Assembly: GCA_002269645.1 (NCBI GenBank)
Contig: NIVC01000598.1
Span: forward strand, 1 to 64,000
Source: Macrostomum lignano
Lineage: Eukaryota
Direction of reading: 5' to 3'
Length of the DNA: 64,000 bases
The notes under the pieces were generated by a model. That model worked only from the letters and a program-made list of their open reading frames with translations, was not told the DNA's origin and did no database searches. Each line of letters starts with the position of its first letter. Positions within the stretch are counted from its first letter, which is position 1. Of the stretch, positions 21,699 through 35,100 are shown in pieces. Both the position numbers and the translations under genes were made by a program.

Positions 21699-23132
21699 TC
21701 CTGATTTCTTAGTAGAACTGGACAAGCTTATCCGGATTTCTTAATAGAACTGGACAAGCTTATCCTGATTTCTTAGTAGAAATGGACAAGCTTATCCGGA
21801 TTTCTTAGTAGAACTGGACAAGCTTATCCGGATTTCTTAGTAGAACTGGACAAGCTTATCCGGATTTCTTAGTAGAACTGGACAAGCTTATCCGGATTTC
21901 TTAGTAGAAATGGACAAGCTTATCCGGATTTCTTAGTAGAACTGGACAAGCTTATCCGGATTTCTTAGTAGAACTGGACAAGCTTATCCGGATTTCTTAG
22001 TAGAACTGGACAAGCTTATCCGGATTTCTTAGTAGAACTGGACAAGCTTATCCGGATTTCTTAGTAGAACTGGACAAGCTTATCCGGATTTCTTAGTAGA
22101 ACTGGACAAGCTTATCCGGATTTCTTAGTAGAAATGGACAAGCTTATCCGGATTTCTTAGTAGAACTGGACAAGCTTATCCGGATTTCTTAGTAGAACTG
22201 GACAAGCTTATCCTGATTTCTTAGTAGAACTGGACAAGCTTATCCGGATTTCTTAATAGAACTGGACAAGCTTATCCTGATTTCTTAGTAGAACTGGACA
22301 AGCTTATCCGGATTTCTTAATAGAACTGGACAAGCTTATCCTGATTTCTTAGTAGAACTGGACAAGCTTATCCGGATTTCTTAATAGAACTGGACAAGCT
22401 TATCCTGATTTCTTAGTAGAAATGGACAAGCTTATCCGGATTTCTTAGTAGAACTGGACAAGCTTATCCGGATTTCTTACTAGTAGTAGTAAAACTGGAC
22501 AAGCTTAACCCGACTTCTTAGTATACAACAGGACAAAGACCCAATTTGTAGCAAAACGCTTTAATAGAAAAAATATGTCGAGACATGTAGAGTAAATAAA
22601 GGAGATTAAAGATGATTACATAGGGAGTATTAAAGCCTAGAGTAATGTATGATGGATAATGTATGCCACACAATAAAAAACTTAAACAAAGGTAAAATTG
22701 TTACAAATTGAGTAAAGTGCACAGCAGGTAATAAGCAGTTAAAAAGAAATGGTTGCCCCAAGAAAAAACTAAAAATAAATTGAACTGATAATTTGCACCT
22801 ATCCATTTTATGCTACTTACAGTAGACAGTAAAACTACCCAGAAGAATTATGCAGAAAACTGGCATTTATTCATTGGATTTTTTCTAACTATCAACTGCT
22901 GAATTTGTCTTATACTGGTGCAGCTGTGCATGGGGTGCGTGCCCTTCACTTCCAGTGCGTCCCTTGCTAGTAGGAAGTGAAACATCTGTTTCTGAGCCAG
23001 CCACTGAGTTGTCATTTATCTAATAAATCTTGGTTCACGATGGGCATTACGAAAGGAAATTATCTATAAAACTTAGCGGTTGTCAGACTACGGTCGTAAG
23101 CTAACATTTCTTAACACTGAGCTCGACTCGGC

Positions 23133-26100
23133 TCAGACTTTACTGTCCTTCACCCGGTACTTTTCCCGCCGCTTGCTGGACTTGTTGGACCCGCTGGCGT
23201 CCGAGGACTGCTGCTGCTGCTGCTGCTGCTGTTGTTGTTGCTGCGACTGCTGCGGATCCTCACTGGTTGAGCCGGCCTCGTTAACCAGCATGGTTTTCAA
23301 GCTGAGGCTGGCGCTCTGCTGCGTCACCCACTGCTGCATGTTGTTGTTCAGCATCCGTGTGGTCTCCTGGATCTGCTGCACGGCTCGGACTAGAGAAAGC
23401 AGAGCCTTCTGATTCTCGCCAATGAGGTCCCGCAGCAGCTGGATCTCCTCCTTGATACGCACATTACCGGCTGCCAGATTGAGCTGGTCGGACTGGGCCT
23501 GTGAGTGAATTTCGTCAGTTTATTGATTTCCCTCCTGCTACTCGGTTTGGTTGCGTTGCGTTTTGGGTTTTCCCTCCTTCCATCTCCCCTTCCCTCTCTC
23601 CTTCTCTCTCTCCTTCCCTTTCTCCTTCCCTCTCTCCTTCTCTCTCTCCTTCCCTTTCTCCTTCCCTCTCTCCTTCTCTCTCTCCTTTCCTCTCTCCTCT
23701 CTCTCCTTCCCTCTCTCCTTCCATCTCCCCTTCCCTCTCTCCTCTCTCTCCTTCCCTTTCTCCTTCTCTCTCTCCTTCTCTCTCTCCTTCCCTCTCTCCT
23801 TCTCTCTCTCCTTCCCTCTCTCCTTCTCTCTCTCCTTCCCTCTCTCCTTCCCTCTCTCCTTCCCACAATTACACGTAGTGTATTGAGGGTGACTTTGTCT
23901 TGGCGAAAGACTTGTTCACACAGGCATCAAATCAGCCATAAATCAAACAATGTGCTAAAATGACGAAAAAGCACGCGAAAATTGGCAATTGTCAGCAGCT
24001 TGCCTGCAAGTTCTGCAACCGCATATCAAGTATCTTCTGTGTCCTCTGAATGCCGTCCAGTTGCGGGATGGCCAGAAACTGCAGCGGCGGAGAGCGCGAG
24101 TCGGCGACGCTCGGGCCGCGGCCTCGAGACGAAGACGACATCGTCTGCCGGTGGCCGGACCGGCGGTTGAAGTTCGACTCGTCAGCGTCTGATGAACGCG
24201 GAGGTGATGGGTGATTTCTTGTTAGTTGGAACGAGTCCCTGATTGAAGTGACAAGAAGATTCAACGTCAATTCTATCTAAATAATAAGTGAAATTTACTC
24301 ATTAAGGCAAGTCAAGGCAGTTGATAAACATTTATTTAGCACGGGGAGTAGAGTAGCGACAGACATTACAGATGTGCATACGCGAGCGACTGTTGGCTGG
24401 AATCAGCTAACATGGGGAGAATGTCCGTGTTGGACAGACTGTGTACCTTGAAAATTATCAATTTGGATTCAGCCACACCCGCGGGTTCCAGTGCCAGTTT
24501 GACGATAATGTAATATTGCAAAACATTTATAACCCGGAAAACAATTAAGTAGTCGAACGGGGGAGAATGTAATCATAGATAAGAATATTTGGGGAGGGCG
24601 GTAATATGAGGAGTGCGCTGAGATCACAATGGCCAGTGTAGGCGCGTGTAAGTATGACCAAGATCGGCCACACTTTCAAAAGAACCCTCTAAACGGATGT
24701 TTCAGAAAAGTACATCCTGCTCTAAGCTGCTGCTCTCCGCAGTGGCTTTCATTACGGCAGCACCGGTGCACCAGCCGGCCAGTGTAGACGCAGAATTTCC
24801 CGGACGCCGTGCGCCTTGGCCCGCCGCTGCCAAAAGGCGACGCGGGCTCCACAACGGCGGCCGCCGCATCGGCGGGTTCGTCCATGCCGATGTCGGCTTC
24901 TGTGAAGGGTTTCGCCCCGGTGCACTTCGCGTGACAGCTTTGTCAGGTAGGCAAATATTATTGTGATTGCCGCACTTTAAGCAAGTCTGCTTGGAGCCTC
25001 AGGTAAGCCGATGCAAATTAAATGAATGGGCTTTGTGAATTTGAATGCGAGGTTATTTGTGATTTCGTGAATACCAACGGTCGTTCATTTTTTCTGCTAG
25101 TTTAGTCATAGCGACATCCTCTCGTAACACTCATTGCCTAAGCGCGCACACATGGTGTCAGCTGTTGTGTTTTGAGACGTTTGCGTGGTGGCCCACACAA
25201 AAGGGACCGTTTAATGATTGGTCGCATGATTGGCCTCCTCTGTGTTCGTTGCAAATAAAACTCTTAGTAGTCTACTGCCAGTCTCAGCATCCTCCTGAGA
25301 CTGGCAGTACAGGAGCGCGCGCACAGTATAATGAACATCTGCGCGCTGTGCTTCTTTTACATGCTTCCTTCGAATAGGTCCAGTTCCCCTTCGAAGAGGT
25401 CCACTGCATGAAATACATAAAGCAAAAGATGCCTTCGCTCGCCCTCTAAGAGCGTGTACTGCCATATCTTTTTACAGATGCTTTTTATAAACAGAACATC
25501 TGCCATCGTGCATATTGACTTCTACCTTCTTGGCCTTCATGGGCGTTCTCTGGAATCGATTTCGGGTTCTTTGGCACAAATTACGAGGTGATGCATCAAA
25601 CTAGCAGCAAAGAAATTAGTTTGGGAAAGCCATATTATCGTCAGAATGCACCGAATTCTTACCAGCAAAATGAACCGCCTTAGAGTCATCTTGAGCGAAT
25701 AATCCCTCCGGACTGGCGCCGATCATGTCCTCGGCTCGGATGCTGATCCCCTCCTTGGGATTCTTCTGGACGTCTGCATTTGAGTGACGTAGCACGTTTC
25801 ATGAGTAACTCGAGGTTCGACCTTAGGTCCATTGGAATTGAGTACCACTCACCCTCGACATCGTTCTCGCGCTCCAGCTTGAACAGATACCGTCGTACCA
25901 GCCGCTGCATAATGTCCGCATAGGATGTGTCCTGGGCCACAATATCCATGCTCTTGCACACGGCGTCTCTGCGAGTCTGTAGTGGCGTGTTTTCAATGAA
26001 GACATTTTGAAGAAAAAGGTCACGTGTCATCCGAGCACCTGTGTTCGTCAGCTTGAAAATAAAAGAATGGCTCTAAAGTCAGCAGCTGCATGGCACAGAA

Positions 26101-29100
26101 GCCGGTGAACCGAATTCTGCGGCTGAGCTCCAGTCGGACAAAAAAAAATTCACCCACCATTGCAAGCCCAGGCCTTCTTGGTGCCTTGTGCTGTTCACTT
26201 CAACTTTCTTGTTGAAAAATCTCCCCCTTTTGTTGCTAAGAGTTTTCTGTTTTTTCAGCCGGAATGAATTTTTTCGTCGTTCAGACGCAGCAAAAACAAA
26301 CGATTAGCAACGCGACGACATCGATTCTAACAAAAACATTTTCGCGCTGTTTTGAACTCCTGTGGCCGGCTGGCAAGCGAATACTTCCAGGTCAAGTGAG
26401 TTGAAACTTGAGCAAAGGCTACTTGAAATTGTCTAAATATTTGTAATGAATTTTCTTAATTCCCGTCTATTGAGATATTTTAGCTCAGAATCGCCCTTTC
26501 TAAATGTTTTTAAATGCTACAAAATTTCGCTATCCAGCTGACCAGTTACTACTTTAAAGTTAATGTCACGCAGCTGTACATGATGCTTACATGCTGCATG
26601 GCACTTGCTTTTTAGTTCAAAGATGATAGAAAATTTTTAGAATTATGCAGAAAAACAAAAGGCAGTAGAGGTTTGAACCAAGGATTGCAATGGCGGCGCA
26701 GGAATCAAACAAAAAATTAATCATAAAAAAATTACTTTGGCATCCCTGATCGCTGAATTTAGCATCCGGACGCGAAACAGAGGCCACCCACCGCACCGAG
26801 AACAGTTGGCATATTTGAATTCTATCTTGCAACTTGGTCTCTCAACGGTCTCTCCTCTGGAAGCGACACTCAAAGCTCAGGTCTACAAGTTTAGTCTCAA
26901 GACTCTGCGTTTGAGGTCATTTGAGCAGTCGAATTTGTTAGGATCAGTGATACAGGACCAAGATCGAAACAATACTTTACTGAGACTAAACTTGCAGACG
27001 TGGGCTGCAGACCAGCAGTATCGCTTCTTGAGTTTCGAGGAGCATAGAGGCTTCCTTAATGACAATTTCGGAAATTCTCTACCAATTCTTCCCCTACTGC
27101 GAAATCGTGTCCAAGGCTATGATGATACAAATTTGACTGCGCAAAGTGCAATAATTTCAAGAAAAATTGTCTTTAAAAAATTGAGCCTCTGTCTGAACAT
27201 CTTTTCCCGGTGGGCGCGGGTATCCCAGCAGCCCAGCGGGGCATAAATATGGGGTAGTATATGTCGCCATAGTATGGGGTTGATGGGTGCGCGTTGGGAA
27301 TGATTTATGTTAATCCAAGTGGCTGGGCAGCTACGCTTTATTTGTCCATTTGGGTACATTAAAATTTGTGCGAGCTGCTCAGTGCGAATTCAGTCAGTGC
27401 TCACATGATGCGTGCGCCTTTGTCGAGCTAGGATCGAGCTCTACATCATCAATTTTTTAATGCTAAAATATATGGGAATAATGTGTCGCTGCCGCGTGGA
27501 TAAACCAAAAACCTGCTATTAACATTGGTTCCGGTGGAATACCTTGAGGCGGACTGCCCTCGCCTCTGCTTCCGCATCCTCATTCCGCAGGCAGCAGCAA
27601 CAGGCCTGGTCGGGTGGACGGCGAGGGCAAGGCAGATGGAGCTTTAGGAACTGAGTACGCTTACATTGCAACCAAATGCACTGGCTTGATGGGTTCCATA
27701 TTCTCACCGAAAACGTTGACCTCTCTACACGTAGTTCAGTTTTAAACACAGCTCATAACCATGCTGTATAGGTTAAGGGTAAGGATTTGGGAGCAAAAAA
27801 GTCGCACATAGTCTTATAATAAAGAGAAGCACTCTACAGACAATCAGACATGCGCATGGACATGGATACTAAAGCACGAAAAGGCCACCGATCTTCACCT
27901 TGATGAAGGCGGTGCTGCGGGTGCTCTCGCTGGCGAAGACGCTCTGGTTGGAGAAGAAACGCCGCACGAATCTGTAGGCCCTGGCAACGCTCTGCGGCGT
28001 TGGCAGAAGATTGTAGGGCACCGGCAGGGTGCTGCCGTTGTCGATGTAGTTCAGCCACAGTTTGGTGCGGGCGAACTTCCACTCAACGTCGCACTCGCTC
28101 TGCATAATAATCGGTTTTTGTATCTCAAAATCCCTTATACTTAAGCTTAAGCCATAGAAAGCATTTTTACCTGAATGTCCTCAAACGAGTGCGACATCAT
28201 GGCAATTAGCATATTAATGAGCACAATAATGATGATCACGTGATAGAAGGCCATGAGGGTCATGCCAACGGTCTCCACCACCTCGGTGGAGGAGTTGGTC
28301 CTGATCATGCCGTCCTTGTACTGGTACTGCACATCGTCGTGGAAATTTGGGTGCTTAATAGGCAGAGAGGCGAGCTGGAAGTTGCTGAACATGGCCCAGA
28401 ACATGGTGAACATGGTGTGGACGAGGCCTTCGAATGGCTCAGAGGCGGGCTCGTCAACGGCAAATGTCTGGTTGCCGATCTCAACGATCTTGGCGATGCG
28501 CTGCAGGCCGTAGTACCAGTACAGGTTGTGCATGCCCACCATGAAGGCGAGCAGAACCTGCGCATTTGAAGTTCGTTGTGGTTGGAGCAACGAGTGGATT
28601 TTCAAAAACGTTGTGCTTAGTGCAATACTTAAAGCAAGTCATACAGAATTAATTAGTGATGCTTTAAATGTGTTCTGCACACGTCAAGAGTCGAACTGTT
28701 AGTGTGGATCGCAGCAGTGGTACTCACCAGCGCGAACAGCACCAGAAAGCGGGCAATGTCGGTGAGCATGCGGCTAAATGAAATCTGCAGCGGGCCGAGC
28801 ACTTCAAAGGCCGGCATGAGAAATATTGTGCGAGCAAAGCTGAGCACGTTGGCTACGGCAAAGAGCACGTCCGACACGATCTCGGGGTCGTGAGCAACCC
28901 ACTTGAACCGAGCTGCAATGCCAATGTTTGTGAGATGCTTTACTCTCTGTAATTTTCACAAAAGTTACAAGAAGGCAGGTACGAGGGGCGCTCACAGGCT
29001 TCCAAGAAGTACATGTACTGCCTGCAGGTGGCGTTGAGTCTCAACTGGAACAGAAAGTTGTTGAATCTCTCCTCCAGGTCCTTCGTCCGTGTGATGTTCA

Positions 29101-32100
29101 TATAGGATATGTTGCGCACTAGGAACTCATTGGCCTGTTGGGTGGCGTTGTAGCAGTGATTGGCCTCCTTGATCTTCAGGTCCACGATTATTCGGATGGT
29201 GTACGAGGCGATGTACAGAGTCAGAATGAAGAAGTTCAGCATGCTGTAGGCGTTGAGAGCCACCTCCTTCAGGCCTTGAAAGTAAACCTGTTTGATCTCC
29301 GACAGCAGGTGTCCTAAAAACAAGACTCAAAATCTCATTAAGCTGGTTTAGTGTAAACCTCAACCTTCATACTCACCAGCCGTCCACAGAATGATGAGTA
29401 TTTGCACAGGCGTGATGACGGTACTCTCCGGTCGCAGCATCTTCTTCAGGAAAAGTTTCCTCTCCTCCGTGCTGGTGCAGTAGTTGTCCCGCACCGCCTC
29501 CTCGGACACGCTGTGCGTCACTGACGAGTCGTCAACGCGGAAAGTGGCAGCGGCGAGCAGGACGAGGAACAGGAAATGGGACACCGTGTGCGTGGCGAAC
29601 TTGGCCGCCGGGCAGCGGAGTCCTTTTGAGACCTGGACGGATTAGAAAGGCGACGGTGGTGGAACAGATTGATTTAGTCGGTTTTTTGGTTACTACTGCT
29701 TTGAGACTGGAAAGAATATCAATAAACGACGGTGACGTGCACGTTATGGTAGAGATAGTGGGAGCTAAAGTTATTCGTAAGATGAATGCAGTCCCAGCCA
29801 GTTAATTAGAGTTGAAAACAAAACAGAGGGGCTTAGGGTCCAAACACCCTTACATTAAATTACTAGGTTGGGGTTAAGTGCAGATAAGAAAAGGAGGGTG
29901 GAATGCGCGAGCGCGACTAAGGAAAGAGGCGAGATTGAACAGCCAATCAGAAGGCAGCGAGGGGGAGAGATAAGAATAACAAGACTTGAACTAGATAGAG
30001 AGGGAGAGAAAACAGAGAAAGTGCAGATGAACTGAAGAAATGATAAGAAAGCCGCGACAGAGACTGCAGTTGTAAGAACCAGCACTCTTGGCCTGGTTCG
30101 TTGGCACAGAAATGTCATCAGACTTCTGTTCAACAAAAAAGACTGACTCTGACACTGACAGAAAGAATTCGGTACCTTTGACGTCGGTAGCACGATGTAC
30201 ACGATGCAGATTAGCGGCAGCAGCGGCGCTGCCACCAGCGAGAGGCCAACTTTGCGCACAAGGCTCCAGGACTGCAGGAAGGCCGTCTCGGAGCCGTACC
30301 AGATGCTGGTGAGGTACTGCTGGCAGTTCGCGTGCCCGACGAACTGCGGAGACGATCAGAATTGTTTGTAGCTCAGAGCCAATTTCAAATTTTGTTGCCA
30401 TGGCAGCAAAGCCTTTAGTCTGACCTTTTTCTCTTCGTATCGAATGGCCATGCGCAGCCGGCCCAGTGGGTCGCGCACATTCGTGCCGCACACCTCGGAC
30501 GCCTCCAGATTATCCGAGATGACCGCCTCCACCTCCTGGGTGCCGCGGCACAGATCCATCATTTCGCAGGCGAAGTTCATGCACTGCTCTACCAGGGTGA
30601 CGTATTCCGTCTGCAAGGAGGAGAACAGGTTGTAGGCAGTGCGACTGATGATATTCCCTTTCTGACGTCGATGAAAAATTACCGGTATATCACTTTATAT
30701 TTTCGGTTCCAAATCTCGAAGCAGGTTCGTCAATTCGCCTTAAGTCTCATTGTCGATATTGACTCAGTGTTTCATATTGGATTCTCCAATGACAGTGTAG
30801 ATATGATTATGACAGTGTAGGTAGGATTATGACAATGTAGCTATGATTATGACATTGTAGATACAGTGTAGATTTAATTATGATAGTGTAGATATGATTA
30901 TGACAGTTTTTTTAATAAGGTCTTGAATCGCATTCCAAAATGCCTCCTTCCATTCTCAGACTGCTGAACTCCCACAGTCCTACAAGTCAAAGCTGCTCTC
31001 ACTCCAGCCTCACCTTGAACTCCTTCTCTACCTCGGCCAGCTTCATCATCTCCTGGCGCAGCTCGAAGGTGGTCATGATGGGGTCGGGGCTGCTCAGCGC
31101 CATGTAGGCCGGGCTGGCCAGGGCTCGGTAGGCATTCAGGCGAGACCGGGACCGCTTGAGCGAGTCGTAATTCTGCTTAATCTGACAGTCCTCGCACAGG
31201 CAGGTGATCACGTGCGGCTTCTCGATGGTGTGGTTGCGCGCCAGGAACATCTGGATCATCTCGTGGTTGTTGTAGTGCGCAGCCAGAATCAGCGGAGTGA
31301 TGTCCGGCGAGAATTGCGACTTCTCCTCCGTGCTGAGGGCGGGAAAATTCGCTGTGGTAGTGCCGTGCAGTGCTGGGGCATTGGGGAGCTTTGTTGATGG
31401 GGACTGCGCCACTGAATCGGCTGAAATTCCCACAGGGGGAAGCGAACTTGGGATCGCAACGGGGGGGACGCTTCTGAAAAATTCACGCTCAGGACTCTGT
31501 GATTGACAGGCTTTGTGCCGAAGTATAATTGAAGTCCGCATTTGAATGGCATGTTGATGAGATCAATGCTGATTAAGTTGCAGTGCGGCTGGCTCGTACT
31601 TTGAATACGAACGATGGAGCACAATATTTATGGCTCTCTAAGGGCACGAAAGTAGTGAGGCCAACAAGGTCACAGCAGTTTGATGGCTCATAGGGCAAGG
31701 AATTGGCTCAATTGAGTGTCAGTTCAGTCCGTTCAAATGGAATCCTTTGCGAATTTTACTGCATCTAATATACCGAATCTAGAACTATAAATCTTTAGAG
31801 ATTTCCTTCACCAGATTGTGCCTCCAACCAGCGCCTAACCCAAATTGTGACGGCAAGCGACCTTTTTAATTCGCGCTCCCACAAGCCCCAGGCAAGCAGT
31901 CGAAGCCTCACCGGAAGAAGGCATTGTTGTAGTCCATCCGCTTGATCTTGTCCTCGCCAGCCATGTAGTTGGGGTGCTCGATCACCACACGGACGATCTT
32001 GGTCAGGCCCTTGCTAATGGCGTGCAGCAGCGCCTCCTCGATGCACTCGAAGCTGAGCTTGTCGCAGAGCAGTTCGATGCAGTCCATGTTTTCCGAGTCC

Positions 32101-35100
32101 ACGGCCAGGTGCAGCGCGTTGCGGCCCATGTAGTCCACGCAGTTGGCGTTGAACTGCGGGTTGTCCACCTCCTCCAGCGACTGCCGGATGACGCCGACGT
32201 CCCCAATGCCCGCGGCCTGCAGGTACACTCGCTCCTCGTCTGTCAGCTGAAAAGCGAAAGCGCATTCGTTCCACATTTCCGCTTCCCGATGTCGGCACAG
32301 ATGGTGCTGCTGCTGCTGATGCTGCTGCAGCTGGTGGTGCTGCTGCTGCACCCGGCTGCTGCAGTCAGACATGTAGCTGATGGTGCGGGCGATGCCGCCC
32401 AAGCTCTCCCGCTCGATGATCGACTCCAAGTCAGTCATTTTCCGACTGTACGGGACCCGGGCTGGGGTTATCTTTGCGGCCAGACTGAGAGGCAGAGCCA
32501 GCCCAGGGTGGGCGACTTTTATACTGGCATTGCTGCTGCTTCTAGGGGAAGCGCGTAGGCGGCAGGGTGAAGCGGAGCCAGAATAATGGGTAACTTCGAC
32601 GAGAATTGGTTAACAATGACTTCGGGATTTCCTGCTCAACCGCAGGCAGAGTGAGGAAGGGCCGTTGGGTTTGCATTCTGGGCCCCAAAACTGTTGCATT
32701 CCAATAGGACAATGGGAGAGGAAGAAGAAGTTTTCTGAGTTTAATTGTGCTGATTCAAAATCTCGGATTCTTTTATCAGGAGTTTTTTTAAAAATGGCCA
32801 TCCTGATTCGGTCCGCTCCTGCTCTGCTAAATATTTTCTTTTTTCTTCCCAATGGTAACGCATAAACAGAGCGATCCAAAGAATATTTTAGCCAGTTTAG
32901 TCAAATTCAAGCACGCAATCGCAATTGGCAGTGACGACCTCAGTGTGCCTCTTTTGCGGCTCTGGCGGTCTTCACGAAGTTCAAATTGATCCTTAGATTT
33001 AGCATCACCCTATCGATTAACTTACCCTCAGACCAGTTTCATTCTACTATGCAGTCTGTCACAGTCTTAGGTCGGCCTGTCACTCACCCGCACGTCCTCG
33101 AAATTGGTGAACAGCGCGCCGCTGCAGTTGCCCTGCTTTGAGCTGATGTTCGTCTTGCGCATGTCGCCAGTCGAGTATTGAAATGTCTGGTAGAAACTGT
33201 TCACAGGAATGGCGGTTGGCGAGGGTTCATTGTCAGTGAGTAAGGAGCATCATATCATTAGCAAGCGATTGGACAATTTTTCTCTGGTCTGTGATAAAGT
33301 GTCTGTGATTCTCTAGCTACTGAACTCTGTTCGTCAGTAGGTGCTGCAGCGTATTTTGCATGTATTGTATTGATGGATTGGGCTGGGTCTGGAGCGCAGG
33401 GTTACATCGCTGCTTTCTCATGGTGCAAGCCTCGGGGGTGATATTAATGAGGCCTGTGGAGTCCGGGAACTTCGGCCACCCTGGCCAACTTATCTATTCG
33501 TAGCGGGCGACACGCGATGTGCACGGAGTCTCAGCTGAGCTAATCCTCTCCTGATTAGGCCTGATGCCGCAGCGGGAGCGGTGATTCCCCTCCCACCCGC
33601 ACCCATTCGCCTGATTCCCGCCGAACTCCGCGGCCATCCGTCAAGCCGGGGTCCGCCGCTGCAGTTGTTTGCAGTGGCTTGCAGGAGCAGAGGGGGGGGT
33701 AGCAAAGGCAAAACTGAGTGAGCGGCGCTGTGTTTCAGGGAGAAGCCGGGACCGGAGATGGACACAATTTCATTACAGCTGTGTCACTTGGCAGCACCGG
33801 CCGCATGGATCAAGGACCTGCTCCTTCTCCCTCGGCCGCCCTGCATAAATCGCTGACATGGAAAATAGAGAATTGGGCGGAGGAGAAAGAGAGACATGAC
33901 AAATTGGCCTTCTCAGAGCCGCTGAGTGGGCATGCTGAGGCCTCCAGCTGGGGGAAGCTGAGGCTGCAGCCTCCCACGCAAGCAGTTGAGTTCACCTTTT
34001 GCCTCCTGAGGGACAAACAATTTTCACGTGACCTGAAGAGGTTGGAAACTCCCATGCATGCTGAGGCTCGTCCCGATGTCCCGAATCCTGCACAATAATC
34101 TTCATTCTACTGAGATTATACAGAAATATGCTTTGAACATTTTCGCTTACAGAAATTTGCATAGATTTGATATCATATTCGACTGTTCTTGGATGCACTT
34201 AAGAAGAATTTTGGTTTATTTGGCTTGAGAGCTGTATGATTGTGTTTGACAGCTCTATGATTGTGTTTGAGAGCTCTATGATTGTGTTTGAGAGCTCTAT
34301 GATTGTGTTTGAGAGCTGTATGATTGTGTTTGAGAGCTCTATGATTGTGTTTGAGAGCTCTATGATTGTGTTTGAGAGCTCTATGATTGTGTTTGACGGC
34401 TCTATGATTGTGTTTGAGAGCTGTATGATTGTGTTTGAGAGCTGTATGATTGTGTTTGAGAGCTCTATGATTGTGTTTGAGAGCTGTCTGATTGTGTTTG
34501 AGAGCTCTATGATTGTGTTTGAGAGCTCTATGATTGTGTTTGAGAGCTCTATGATTGTGTTTGAGAGCTGTATGATTGTGTTTGAGAGCTCTATGATTGT
34601 GTTTGAGAGCTGTCTGATTGTGTTTGAGAGCTCTATGATTGTGTTTGAGAGCTCTATGATTGTGTTTGAGAGCTCTATGATTGTGTTTGAGAGCTGTATG
34701 ATTGTGTTTGAGAGCTCTATGATTGTGTTTGAGAGCTGTATGATTGTGTTTGAGAGCTGTATGATTGTGTTTGAGAGCTCTATGATTGTGTTTGAGAGCT
34801 CTATGATTGTGTTTGAGAGCTGTATGATTGTGTTTGAGAGCTGTATGATTGTGTTTGAGAGCCGTCTGATTGTGTTTGACAGCTCTATGATTGTGTTTGA
34901 GAGCTGTATGATTGTGTTTGAGAGCTCTATGATTGTGTTTGAGAGCTCCATGATTGTGTTTGAGAGCTGTCTGATTGGGTTTGAGAGCTCCATGATTGTG
35001 TTTGAGAGCTGTCTGATTGTTTGAGAGCTCTATGATTGTGTTTGAGAGCTCCATGATTGTGTTTGAGAGCTGTCTGATTGTGTTTGAGAGCTGTATGATT

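Larger units (their letters stand above)
14757..22535. repeat. 32-bp tandem array (CTGGACAAGCTTATCCGGATTTCTTAGTAGAA) split by the LTR element
   Basis: About 3-4 units at 14757-14866 and ~25 units at 21699-22535. Confidence 0.92.

Noticed and set aside
21699-22535. CRISPR-like appearance of the 32-bp (and other) repeats
   Set aside because: Units are head-to-tail with no unique spacers, there are no cas genes, and the context is eukaryotic.
28240-32586. Plus-strand ORFs overlapping TRPC exons (e.g. 31974-32558, 28240-28569)
   Set aside because: These are antisense shadows of GC3-rich coding exons.
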